Positions 63,521-64,000 of a stretch of DNA of 64,000 nt are shown here, piece by piece. A program made the translations under genes and the position numbers. The stretch comes from Trichoplax adhaerens (taxonomy: Eukaryota; Animalia; Placozoa). The notes under the pieces are model-generated. The model searched no databases. It saw only the letters and a program-made list of their open reading frames with translations, and was not told where the DNA came from. Where the stretch lies: the NCBI RefSeq assembly GCF_000150275.1, contig NW_002060952.1, forward strand, positions 146,482 to 210,481, given 5' to 3'. Every line of letters starts with the position of its first letter. Within the stretch, counting starts at the first letter, position 1.

Positions 63521-64000
63521 TAAACTAGAATAGTAGTCAACTTTTCATGGCCAACGCAGTCGATGCACATTCAAATCGCATCAAGCTTTCACAAGCAACG
63601 CTAGCTTCCATAAATCGGTCATGAAATGTCGGTAGTCGATCGTCAAATCGATACTGATTAGATTAGTCATGCACTTTTTACGAGTAACGCAATCGAGGCG
63701 CATTTGCACATTGGAATAGCAGTAAGCTTTTTCTTAAGCAACGCTCGATGCGCATCGGAATAGCAATAACGCAATCTATGCCTATTGGGATAGTAATAAG
63801 TTTTTTCCTAGGCAACGTAGTCCGATGCACGTTTACTTTTTTTAAGCAACGTTCACTTAAATCAATGTCGATAGGGGATAACGCTATTTGCGAAGATTTG
63901 AATTCCAACAGGTTTTTTCTTAAATTTAAGCAAGCTTAGCTTTCAATGCTGTAAGCTATTCCATAAACAACGCTAACTTCCATGAAATCTTAAGGGAAAT

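Overview
AT-rich, intron-containing animal genomic DNA with compact genes and mostly short (about 70-150 nt) GT-AG introns. The style is most consistent with a placozoan (Trichoplax-like) genome, but that is inference. Seven spliced protein-coding genes were reconstructed by hand: TTC28 (+, 5'-truncated by the window edge), class-XVIII myosin MYO18 with KE-rich and PDZ N-terminus (+), ZMAT5/U11-U12-20K (-), IQCD/DRC10 (+), an AUTS2/FBRSL1/Tay-family gene (+), GDPD1/3 lysophospholipase D (+), and a strongly diverged FERM gene with the exon pattern of merlin/NF2 (-). Long introns and intergenic gaps are filled with local tandem arrays (88-bp, 195-bp, a 157+125-bp higher-order repeat) and decayed duplications. 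Best leads: an AUTS2-family gene reduced to two conserved motifs in a probably non-bilaterian animal; a cryptic NF2-like gene with an apparent +1 frameshift; a 97-bp Helitron-like insertion in a minisatellite; ZMAT5 lacking its CCCH finger; an RFX X-box upstream of the ciliary gene IQCD; and a gene set matching the human 22q12/12q24/16p11/17q/7q11 regions. No rRNA, tRNA or CRISPR array was seen. Exon boundaries are manual GT-AG and phase calls without transcript support.
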